From: Desulfobacterales bacterium
Lineage (GTDB): Bacteria > Desulfobacterota > Desulfobacteria > Desulfobacterales > UBA5852
Length of the DNA stretch: 64,000 nt
Direction of reading: 5' to 3'
Assembly: GCA_963674755.2 (NCBI GenBank)
Contig: CAXXVS010000002.1
Coordinates: 1,056,001 to 1,120,000, forward strand
Shown piece by piece: positions 56,719-64,000 of the stretch (positions within the stretch are counted from its first letter, which is position 1; each line of letters opens with the position of its first letter). Made by a program: the position numbers and the translations under genes. The notes beneath the pieces were generated by a model, which was given only the letters and a program-made list of their open reading frames with translations, did not search any database and was not told the origin of the DNA.

Positions 56719-57877
56719 CACTCGCTTCGATACCGGCGATGCGGAGGCGGTATGCAACGTACTGGCCTCAGGATGGATCAGCATGGGTGCGGTCACCGAG
56801 CAGTTCGAGCGGCGCTTTGCCGAGATGGTCGGCGCACGGCATGCCATTGCGGTTGCCAACGGAACAGCTGCCCTACACCTGGCGCATCGGGCGGTCGGCA
56901 TAGGTCCTGATGACGAAGTGATCTGCCCCGCGCTCACCTTCGTGGCCACCGCCAATGCAATCGTATACGCCGGGGGGCGTCCTGTATTTGCCGATATCCA
57001 AGGTGACCATAATCTGACCGTATCACCTGCATCGATCGAAGAACGGATCACCGATAAAACGCGCGCCATAACCGTGGTCCATTATGCCGGCCACCCTTGC
57101 GACATGCACGTTATCCTTTCTATTGCCCAACGGTATAACCTCCATGTGATCGAAGACAGCGCCCACGCCCCCGGCGCCCGCATCGGCAACCGGTACTGCG
57201 GAACATTCGGCGACATCGGCTGCTTCAGTTTTTTCGCCAACAAAAACATGACCACCGCCGAAGGCGGCATGATCACCACGGACAACGACCTGCTGGCCCG
57301 TCTTATTCGCCGCATGCGCTCCCACGGCATGACGTCCTCGACCCTCGATCGCCATCAGGGGCATGCCTACAGCTACGACGTCGTGGAACTGGGCTACAAT
57401 TACCGGATCGATGAAATCCGATCCGCATTAGGGTTGCGTCAGATAGATAATCTACCCCGCTGGAATGCCCGCCGGGGAGAGCTTCAGCAGCGCTACCGCG
57501 ACCGGTTATCGGACATCGATCACCTGTTCATCCCTTTTTCCAGCCCGCAAGGCGAGCCCGCCCATCATATCTTCCCCATCCTGCTGGCAAGGGATATCGA
57601 TCGGCGGGACTTTATGGCCTATTTGAAAGCACTAGGGATCCAGACCAGCATCCACTACCCCCCGGTGCATCTTTTCAGCCACTATCGCCGTGCCTTCGGC
57701 TGCAGCGAGGGGCTGCTGCCCCGAACCGAAGACGTCGCCGCCCGGGAAGTGACCTTGCCGCTATACCCGGTCATGCAAAACGAAGATGTGGACACCGTCT
57801 GCCGGAGCGTCAAATCCTATTTCGTACGGTCGGGAATGCACGCGGGCCCGGGCCGTGCCTTTTCAACCCATCCGTAA
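56696..57877 (+). CDS. DegT/DnrJ/EryC1/StrS PLP-dependent sugar aminotransferase
   Basis: NGTAALHLA, TFVATANA, EDSAHA, FSFFANKNMTTAEGG and GYNYR motifs. Confidence 0.93.
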   Translation: MWTISLSDTRFDTGDAEAVCNVLASGWISMGAVTEQFERRFAEMVGARHAIAVANGTAALHLAHRAVGIGPDDEVICPALTFVATANAIVYAGGRPVFADIQGDHNLTVSPASIEERITDKTRAITVVHYAGHPCDMHVILSIAQRYNLHVIEDSAHAPGARIGNRYCGTFGDIGCFSFFANKNMTTAEGGMITTDNDLLARLIRRMRSHGMTSSTLDRHQGHAYSYDVVELGYNYRIDEIRSALGLRQIDNLPRWNARRGELQQRYRDRLSDIDHLFIPFSSPQGEPAHHIFPILLARDIDRRDFMAYLKALGIQTSIHYPPVHLFSHYRRAFGCSEGLLPRTEDVAAREVTLPLYPVMQNEDVDTVCRSVKSYFVRSGMHAGPGRAFSTHP

Positions 57878-57894
57878 CGATTGATTATATCGCA

Positions 57895-58614
57895 ATGGCA
57901 AAGAGCACATCTCATAACGAAACCATGCCGAACGGCTTTCTGCGGGAAGGTCACCTGTCTGCACGACGCTATACGGTGGCCCTGCTCTTCGACCGGGACA
58001 ACGACTGGCTTTATCATACGATGCAATCGACTGAGCGCCTGGCAGCCATGAAGGCCCGCTACGGCATCAGCATCCATTTCGATCACCGCACGGTTCGCGA
58101 GCGCGATATCGTTTTCGTCCTAGGCTACACCAAACTGCTGAAACCCGAATTCCTGGCGGCCAACAAACTTACCCTGGTGGTGCATGAAAGCGATCTCCCC
58201 CGGGGTAAAGGCTTCTCTCCCGTTCAATGGCAAATTCTGGAAGGACGCAACGAAATCACCGTCTGCCTGATTCAAGCCACGTCAAACCTGGATGCCGGTG
58301 ATATTCTGGAAAAAGATACCCTGCGGCTGCAGGGACATGAACTTTTCGATGAAATCCGCCGCCGGCAGGCCGAAATGACGCTGACGCTGATGGAGCGTTT
58401 CCTGAAGCGCTATCCGCATTTTTCGGCGATCTCCCAGCATGGCCGGGAAACCGTCTACCGCCGGCGTACCAGCCGCGACGATCGTCTCGACGTCCACCGC
58501 TCTATCGCCGACCAGTTCAATGCCCTGCGAATCGCCGACAATGAAAGGTATCCAGCTTATTTCGAGCTGAATGGCCACACCTACTACCTGAAAATCTACA
58601 GGAAACCGTCGTGA
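57895..58614 (+). CDS. Formyltransferase-fold protein (putative sugar N-formyltransferase)
   Basis: VHESDLPRGKGFSPVQWQILEG (HxSxLP) and LDAGDI motifs; C-terminal QFNALRIADNERYPAYF. Confidence 0.8.
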   Translation: MAKSTSHNETMPNGFLREGHLSARRYTVALLFDRDNDWLYHTMQSTERLAAMKARYGISIHFDHRTVRERDIVFVLGYTKLLKPEFLAANKLTLVVHESDLPRGKGFSPVQWQILEGRNEITVCLIQATSNLDAGDILEKDTLRLQGHELFDEIRRRQAEMTLTLMERFLKRYPHFSAISQHGRETVYRRRTSRDDRLDVHRSIADQFNALRIADNERYPAYFELNGHTYYLKIYRKPS

Positions 58615-59690
58615 GGAAACAGACCGTTATCAACAAAGGCAATTACACCATGGAACCGGATGAGCGCGAGGCGCGCTTCGAGACTTTGCGGGCCTTTGGA
58701 TGGGAAAAAGAGTACGCGGTCTACCGTCGTCAATGGCATGACCTCCCCCAGGAGCGTCGTGTATCCAATTATCCCCTGCTTGTGGATATCGAACTATCGT
58801 CGATTTGCAACCTGCACTGCCCCATGTGCTATACGATAACGGATCAGTTCAAACAGCAGGTCCCTGCAACCCTGATGAATTTTGACCTGTTCAAAAAAAT
58901 CGTCGATGAGATAGGCGGACGCGTACCCGCCCTGCGCCTCTCGTACCGGGGTGAGCCCACGCTTCACCCGCGGTTCATCGACTGCATCCGTTACGCCAAA
59001 GCCAGCGGCATTGGTGAAGTTTCCTTCCTCACCAACGGAAGTCGTCTGTCCTCTCCCTATTTTGAAAAAATCCTGGCCGCCGGCGCCGATTGGATTACGG
59101 TTTCGGTTGACGGTATCGGGGCTGAATATGAACGCATTCGTTCACCATTGAAGTTCGAGGCGACCTTCAGCCGTCTCAAGGCGATGCACGCCCTCAAACT
59201 CAAGGCAGGCGCCGACAAACCCGTGATCAAGGTTCAGAGCGTCTGGCCGGCCATCCAGCGCAATCCCGAAGAGTATTATAATCTTCTCGCTCCATGGGTC
59301 GATCTGATCGCATTCAATCCCCTGATCGATTTCATGAATTCGGATGACAACATCGCCTATATCGATCAATTTTATTGCCCCCAGCACTATCAACGACTGG
59401 TCATCGGCGCCGACGGCCGCGCCATGATGTGCGCGAATGATGAAAATACGGAAGAACCCGTCGGCAATGCCGTCGAATCATCCATCCACGCTATCTGGCA
59501 CGGCCGCCGTTTGACGGAAATACGGGCCTGCCACCAATCCGTCGAAGGCTTCAAACATGTGGCGGTCTGCCGGCGCTGTTATCTCCCGCGGGTGGTGGAC
59601 ACCCGAGAAACGGCAACGGTCAACGGACGGACCTTTGCCATTGCTAATTATGCCCGAGCTAACCTGGGCGATTGTTTAACCGCAAGCTGA
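58611..59690 (+). CDS. Radical SAM protein with SPASM/twitch domain
   Basis: CNLHCPMC (CxxxCxxC), GEP and TNG motifs; C-terminal C...DG....C...GN......IW....CRRC. Confidence 0.9.
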   Translation: MRKQTVINKGNYTMEPDEREARFETLRAFGWEKEYAVYRRQWHDLPQERRVSNYPLLVDIELSSICNLHCPMCYTITDQFKQQVPATLMNFDLFKKIVDEIGGRVPALRLSYRGEPTLHPRFIDCIRYAKASGIGEVSFLTNGSRLSSPYFEKILAAGADWITVSVDGIGAEYERIRSPLKFEATFSRLKAMHALKLKAGADKPVIKVQSVWPAIQRNPEEYYNLLAPWVDLIAFNPLIDFMNSDDNIAYIDQFYCPQHYQRLVIGADGRAMMCANDENTEEPVGNAVESSIHAIWHGRRLTEIRACHQSVEGFKHVAVCRRCYLPRVVDTRETATVNGRTFAIANYARANLGDCLTAS

Positions 59691-59755
59691 TGAGGAGCCC
59701 GGACCGTCGCGCCAGCTATTCGCCGGGAGATCATTTTCGTGACATAGGGGCTATC

Positions 59756-60772
59756 ATGCTGAAGCATTATCACCCTCTGCGCTGCTATATCATTGCCGAA
59801 ATCGGCGGCAATTTTACAACCTTCGAACAGGCGCGTCTCTTGGTCGACCTGGCGGCCTCCTGCGGAGTGGATGCCGTCAAGCTGCAAACCTATCGCGCAG
59901 ATACGATCGTCAATCGTACCGCCCTGTTTGATCTGGACAATATCGGCCAGCTTCCGCAACATGAATTTTTCCGCCGGTTTGAAATCGACGAAGCGCTTCA
60001 CCGGGAGGTTTTCGACTACATCCGCTCCAAAAAACTGGACTGGTTCTCGACCCCCTCGCATCCCAGCGATGTGGAGCTGCTCGAGCGGCTTAAGGTTCCT
60101 GCTTATAAAATCGGTGCCGATGACGCGACCAACCTGCCGCTCCTGCGTCTTGTGGCGTCGAAAGGAAAGCCGCTGTTTCTTTCGACTGGTCTGTGCACGC
60201 TCGACGAAGTCAGAGAGGCCGTCGATACGGTGCTCGCCGCCGGCAATCGGCACCTGTTCCTTTTTCACACCGTTTCCAACTACCCAACCCGTCCGGAGGA
60301 AGTCAATCTCCGGGCCATCCGGACGCTGCAACAGGCATTTCCCCAGATCCCAGTCGGCTTTTCGGACCACACCATTGGAACCAACGCTGCCATATTTGCG
60401 GCCGCGTTAGGCGCCCGGTTCATCGAAAAACATTTCACCTGGGATAATAAAGCCGATGGCCCGGATCACCTCATATCGGCGACACCGGAGGAGATGAAAG
60501 CCATCGTGGATGCCATCCGTGAGCTGGAAGTCATGCAGGGGGACGGCTCCAAATTACCGGTAGGCAAAGAAGTGGGGAATCGCCTTAAAAACCGCAAGAG
60601 CATTGTTCTTGTGAAGCCGGTGGAAAAAGGCGGCCCTTTGACGCCGGCCGTTATGGATATCAAACGGCCCGGATTCGGCATCGCCCCTAAATACATCGAT
60701 CGGGTTGTCGGATGCCTGGCCAGCCGCGATCTTGAAGCGGACGAGGTTCTCCAGTGGTCCGATATCCATTGA
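59756..60772 (+). CDS. N-acylneuraminate/nonulosonic acid synthase (NeuB/LegI/PseI family) with SAF domain
   Basis: IIAEIG, DAVKLQ, LSTG, SNYP, GFSDHT, IEKHFT and GPDH motifs; C-terminal KRPG.GI.P antifreeze-like domain. Confidence 0.92.
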   Translation: MLKHYHPLRCYIIAEIGGNFTTFEQARLLVDLAASCGVDAVKLQTYRADTIVNRTALFDLDNIGQLPQHEFFRRFEIDEALHREVFDYIRSKKLDWFSTPSHPSDVELLERLKVPAYKIGADDATNLPLLRLVASKGKPLFLSTGLCTLDEVREAVDTVLAAGNRHLFLFHTVSNYPTRPEEVNLRAIRTLQQAFPQIPVGFSDHTIGTNAAIFAAALGARFIEKHFTWDNKADGPDHLISATPEEMKAIVDAIRELEVMQGDGSKLPVGKEVGNRLKNRKSIVLVKPVEKGGPLTPAVMDIKRPGFGIAPKYIDRVVGCLASRDLEADEVLQWSDIH

Positions 60773-61485
60773 TCGGCGTTGTCGTCCAGGCCCGCATGGG
60801 CTCGACGCGTCTGCCCGGGAAAGTGCTGATGCCAATCGGCAGCCGGCCGCTTCTGGACCATATCCTGCGACGGATCGAGCGCCTGGAGCATCCGGCCCGG
60901 GTCGTTATCGCCACCAGCACCGCCCTGCGCGACGACAGCGTGGCCCGCTTTGGCCGAGATAACGGCGTTGAGGTCTATCGCGGCAGCGAAAAGGATGTCC
61001 TCGGCCGCTACCGCCACTGTGCGATGGCCTTCAGCTTCGACCATGTTGTCAGGCTCACCGGGGACAACCCTTTCGTGGACGTGGACGAACTCGACCGGCT
61101 CATTGCATTGCACCTGCGACATCATGCGGACTATTCATCCTCCCTCGGCAGTCTGCCCGAAGGCGTCGGTGCGGAAATCTTCACCTCCGCCGCCCTGCAG
61201 ACGAGCCACACCCACGGCCGTGAAGAGCACCACCGCGAGCATGTCAACGAATATATTCTGGAGCACCCGGAGCGTTTTCGGATCATGGACCTGACCGTGC
61301 CGGTGATCAAGCAACGACCGGATATCCGACTGACCGTCGATACTCCCGAAGATTTCCGCCGGGCCTGTCGGATCGCCGATGCCTGCGGCGGTTCTTCGGT
61401 CGGCACCGTGGAGGCCATCGCCATGGTCGCCCCCAAGGATTGGCGCCTGCCGAAGCCTGTTCCAGGCGAGGTTCAAGGCACATGA
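60754..61485 (+). CDS. SpsF-type cytidylyltransferase
   Basis: QARMGSTRLPGKVL, RGSE.DVL.RY, VRLTGDNP, REHV and RLTVDT.ED motifs. Confidence 0.88.
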   Translation: MVRYPLIGVVVQARMGSTRLPGKVLMPIGSRPLLDHILRRIERLEHPARVVIATSTALRDDSVARFGRDNGVEVYRGSEKDVLGRYRHCAMAFSFDHVVRLTGDNPFVDVDELDRLIALHLRHHADYSSSLGSLPEGVGAEIFTSAALQTSHTHGREEHHREHVNEYILEHPERFRIMDLTVPVIKQRPDIRLTVDTPEDFRRACRIADACGGSSVGTVEAIAMVAPKDWRLPKPVPGEVQGT

Positions 61486-62444
61486 TCGCCATCTGCATCG
61501 AATCCTCCCATGCCAAGGGGCTGGGGCATCTGTTTCGCGGCATCCACCTGGCCCGTTGTCTGGCGCGCCACCACCGGCGGCACATCATTCTGGTCAACCG
61601 TCATCCGCCTTCGATCCGACTTTTGGAAGCATCCGGGCTTCCCTTTATGATCGTCCCCCTGAATGCCGCACAAGAATGGGAACCGTCTGTCATCACCGAA
61701 CTTGGCATTGATCTCTGGATCAATGACCGGCTGGATACCTCTCGCCGGCATGCCGAACGGGTCAAGGCCTGCGGTGTGGCCCTGGCAACTTTTGACGACG
61801 CCGGCAACGGGGCGGCCTTGAGCGATCTGCACATCGCCCCGTTGGCCGGTTTCCGCCGCGCGCCATTGACGGGAGAAAGGCTGCTGACCGATCTGCGCTA
61901 CCTGATTCTTGACCCGGCCCTGTCCCCATATCGACGCCCCCGCGAGAAGATGAACCGGCTTCTGGTCACACTGGGCGGCAGCGACACCCACGCCGTTGTG
62001 ATCACGGTTGTGGACATGCTCACCCGGTTGGGTTGGGGTGCCACGATCCATAGCGGTCCCGGTTCCAAGTACGGCGACGACCTTAAACGCAGGTTGGGGA
62101 AAGCCTTTACACTGGCGTCCTCGGTACCGTCCATGGGCGCCCTGTATTGGGAACACGACCTGGCCATTACCGGCGGCGGCATCACGCCTTTTGAAGCGGC
62201 GGCCACCGGTCTGCCAACGGTGGTTATCGCCAATGAACCTTTCGAAATACCGACCGGAACTTTCTTGGCGGCCAAAGGGGCAGCCTGTTTTGCGGGGCAT
62301 CACGCCCGGCTTACATTTGACGGGCTTGACAACGCCCTTGCGGCGGCCGGGGAGCGATTGTGCGCAATGAGTGCCTGCGGCCTGTCAACCATCCCCCAAG
62401 ACGGGGTTGAGAATGTTTACCATGCCATTTGCCGATACTTATAA
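61482..62444 (+). CDS. PseG/SpsG-like NDP-sugar hydrolase (GT28-like fold)
   Basis: GLGHLFR, LVTLGGSD and DLAITGGGIT.FE motifs; ATGA overlap with the upstream gene. Confidence 0.82.
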   Translation: MIAICIESSHAKGLGHLFRGIHLARCLARHHRRHIILVNRHPPSIRLLEASGLPFMIVPLNAAQEWEPSVITELGIDLWINDRLDTSRRHAERVKACGVALATFDDAGNGAALSDLHIAPLAGFRRAPLTGERLLTDLRYLILDPALSPYRRPREKMNRLLVTLGGSDTHAVVITVVDMLTRLGWGATIHSGPGSKYGDDLKRRLGKAFTLASSVPSMGALYWEHDLAITGGGITPFEAAATGLPTVVIANEPFEIPTGTFLAAKGAACFAGHHARLTFDGLDNALAAAGERLCAMSACGLSTIPQDGVENVYHAICRYL

Positions 62445-63153
62445 CACCGCCGTCATCCATCAACCCGACTTCATGCCCTACCCCGGTTTCTTCCATCGGT
62501 TGCTGGACGCGGACCTGTTCGTCGTCCTGGATCATGTCCAGTTCATGCGCGGCAGCCGAAGCTGGCACCATCGGGACCTGATCAAAACCCCCCAGGGAAC
62601 GGCCTGGCTCACCGTGAGTGTCAAAAAAAACCGCAGAGATACCGCCATCAAGGATATTCTGCTTTCGGAGGCCGTGGATTGGCGCAGCAAACATCTACAC
62701 CTCCTCCTTCACCATTACCGCAAAGCGCCCTTCTTTGAGGAAATCTTCCCCTACGTCCAGAAACTTTATGCCTGGCCTTGCGATACCCTGGTCGAATTCA
62801 ATTTGGCTTCTATCCGCATGTTGTTGGATCTTTTCGCCGTGACCGTCAATATGGTTCACAGCAGCGTACTTGGGTCCACGGCCAAAGGCTGCGACCTGCT
62901 TGTGGATCTTTTACGGAAAGTAAAGGCCTCCCGTTACCTATCCGGCAACGGTGCCCGGGACTACTACCGGCCTGAGCCGTTTGAACAGGCCGGCATCATG
63001 GTTCACTGGCAAAAATACGAGCCTGTGGTTTATCCCCAGCGCTACACCGGCTTCATTCCCAATCTGAGCAGCATCGATATGCTGTTCAACTGCGGTATTC
63101 AGAATTCCAGGCAATTGCTGCGCAAACGGACGGAGAAAGGAAAGCGACCATGA
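62413..63153 (+). CDS. WbqC family protein
   Basis: IHQPDFMPYPGFF, LDHVQF, WLTV, YRKAPFF, YLSG.GA..Y and LSSIDMLFNCG motifs; start 62413 or 62422. Confidence 0.9.
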   Translation: MFTMPFADTYNTAVIHQPDFMPYPGFFHRLLDADLFVVLDHVQFMRGSRSWHHRDLIKTPQGTAWLTVSVKKNRRDTAIKDILLSEAVDWRSKHLHLLLHHYRKAPFFEEIFPYVQKLYAWPCDTLVEFNLASIRMLLDLFAVTVNMVHSSVLGSTAKGCDLLVDLLRKVKASRYLSGNGARDYYRPEPFEQAGIMVHWQKYEPVVYPQRYTGFIPNLSSIDMLFNCGIQNSRQLLRKRTEKGKRP

Positions 63154-63950
63154 AAATTGTCGGCACCATTGAAGCCCGCATGGGCTCCAGTCGTCTCCCC
63201 GGTAAAACCCTCATGCCCATATACGGCGACAAAACCCTGCTCGAGTTGGTGGTGGCACGTTTTAGACGCTGTCACGAGGTCGATGCCGTGTGGGTCGCCA
63301 CCTCCCGGGAACCGTCCGACGACGCCATTGCCCGGTGGTGTGCCAGCCATGGCATAGCCTGTTTTCGGGGATCCGAAGCGGACGTTCTGGATCGGGTAAC
63401 GCGAACCGCCAGAGAAGCCTGCGCCGACGGCATCGTCCAGATGGGAGCGGATTCAGCTTACCTCGACGGTGCCCTGACCGATGAGCTGGTGGCCCGGTTC
63501 CGCACCAACCGCTATGACTACGTCTGCAACGACATGCGCTTGACCTATCCACTGGGGATCTACGGCCATGTGGTACGCACGGCCTGCCTGCAAGCCCTCA
63601 ACGAGCGCCGCGATCTTGATGCCCAAGACCGTGAAGACGTGGTGCGCCCCATCTGGGAGCATCCGGAACGCTATGCCATTTTGAGCTTGTCGGCCCCGCC
63701 CGGGCTGCACTGCCCCGAAATCCGGCTGACCATCGACTACTCCGAGGATTTGACGCTGGCACGGCAAATCTACCGTCATTTCGGCCGAACCGATTTTACC
63801 ACCCGGGATATTCTGGACCTCTACGCCCGCCAACCGGACCTGTTCCGCGAAACCCGGGGATTGATTCAACGGCAGGCCCCTTTTCTCAGTGCGGTGAGCG
63901 GGTATGAAACAGCGCCTGCTTCCCCATCGGGCCGGACGATGGCCGCATGA
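63150..63950 (+). CDS. Second SpsF-type cytidylyltransferase
   Basis: EARMGSSRLPGK, RGSEADVL.R and RLTIDY.EDL motifs. Confidence 0.85.
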   Translation: MKIVGTIEARMGSSRLPGKTLMPIYGDKTLLELVVARFRRCHEVDAVWVATSREPSDDAIARWCASHGIACFRGSEADVLDRVTRTAREACADGIVQMGADSAYLDGALTDELVARFRTNRYDYVCNDMRLTYPLGIYGHVVRTACLQALNERRDLDAQDREDVVRPIWEHPERYAILSLSAPPGLHCPEIRLTIDYSEDLTLARQIYRHFGRTDFTTRDILDLYARQPDLFRETRGLIQRQAPFLSAVSGYETAPASPSGRTMAA

Positions 63951-64000
63951 ACCCCCGGACCTCCATATTGTCCTCCGCCATTATCGGGACCGGGCAAATC
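63947..64000 (+). CDS. Partial CDS, probably a Gfo/Idh/MocA-type oxidoreductase (cut by the window end)
   Basis: ATGA overlap with the previous stop; reads MNPRTSILSSAIIGTGQI, with a Rossmann-like AIIGxGxI. Confidence 0.5.
   Translation, partial: MNPRTSILSSAIIGTGQI

Noticed and set aside
56104..57069. 321-aa minus-strand ORF
   Set aside because: Antisense to the nucleotidyltransferase and aminotransferase genes; no domain features.
61473..62303. 276-aa minus-strand ORF
   Set aside because: Antisense shadow of the PseG-like gene.
1..64000. CRISPR arrays, IS/transposases, integrases, prophage, rRNA/tRNA
   Set aside because: No regularly spaced repeats, mobile-element proteins or RNA-gene signatures were seen by eye.

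Overview
This window is core chromosome of a GC-rich bacterium. Gene order and protein styles resemble Desulfobacterota/deltaproteobacteria, but that assignment is an inference. It has four parts. (1) 1-5000: housekeeping genes efp, a trpF-like gene, guaA, a coiled-coil membrane protein and larB. (2) About 5000-47900, minus strand: a large flagellar supercluster running from a sigma54 regulator through flgBC-fliEFGHIJ, fliK-flgDE, fliLMNOPQR-flhB, flhA-flhF-flhG-fliA, flgFGAHIJ-flgMN and flgKL. A cheA-cheR-cheD-HDOD-cheY-cheX-cheB block sits between flgN and flgK. (3) About 48300-54550: a signalling island with a GGDEF cyclase, lytic transglycosylase, PilZ brake, REC protein and hybrid kinase. 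(4) 54963-end: a sigma54-driven nonulosonic-acid-type sugar biosynthesis operon, cut off by the window edge. The most unusual features are: FlhF fused to an Ada-like zinc-binding domain; CheA with three MshEN-like (c-di-GMP-binding) motifs; a CheX-CheX-FliN fusion with two FliM-like CheY-docking peptides; an apparent motB C-terminal relic where motAB would be expected; two different candidate enhancer motifs that split the sigma54 promoters into early and late classes; an approximately 140-nt rod-like hairpin between fliE and fliF; and a terminator/antiterminator leader before guaA. I saw no rRNA, tRNA, CRISPR array or mobile element. fliC, fliD, fliS, motAB, cheW and chemoreceptor genes are not in the window.
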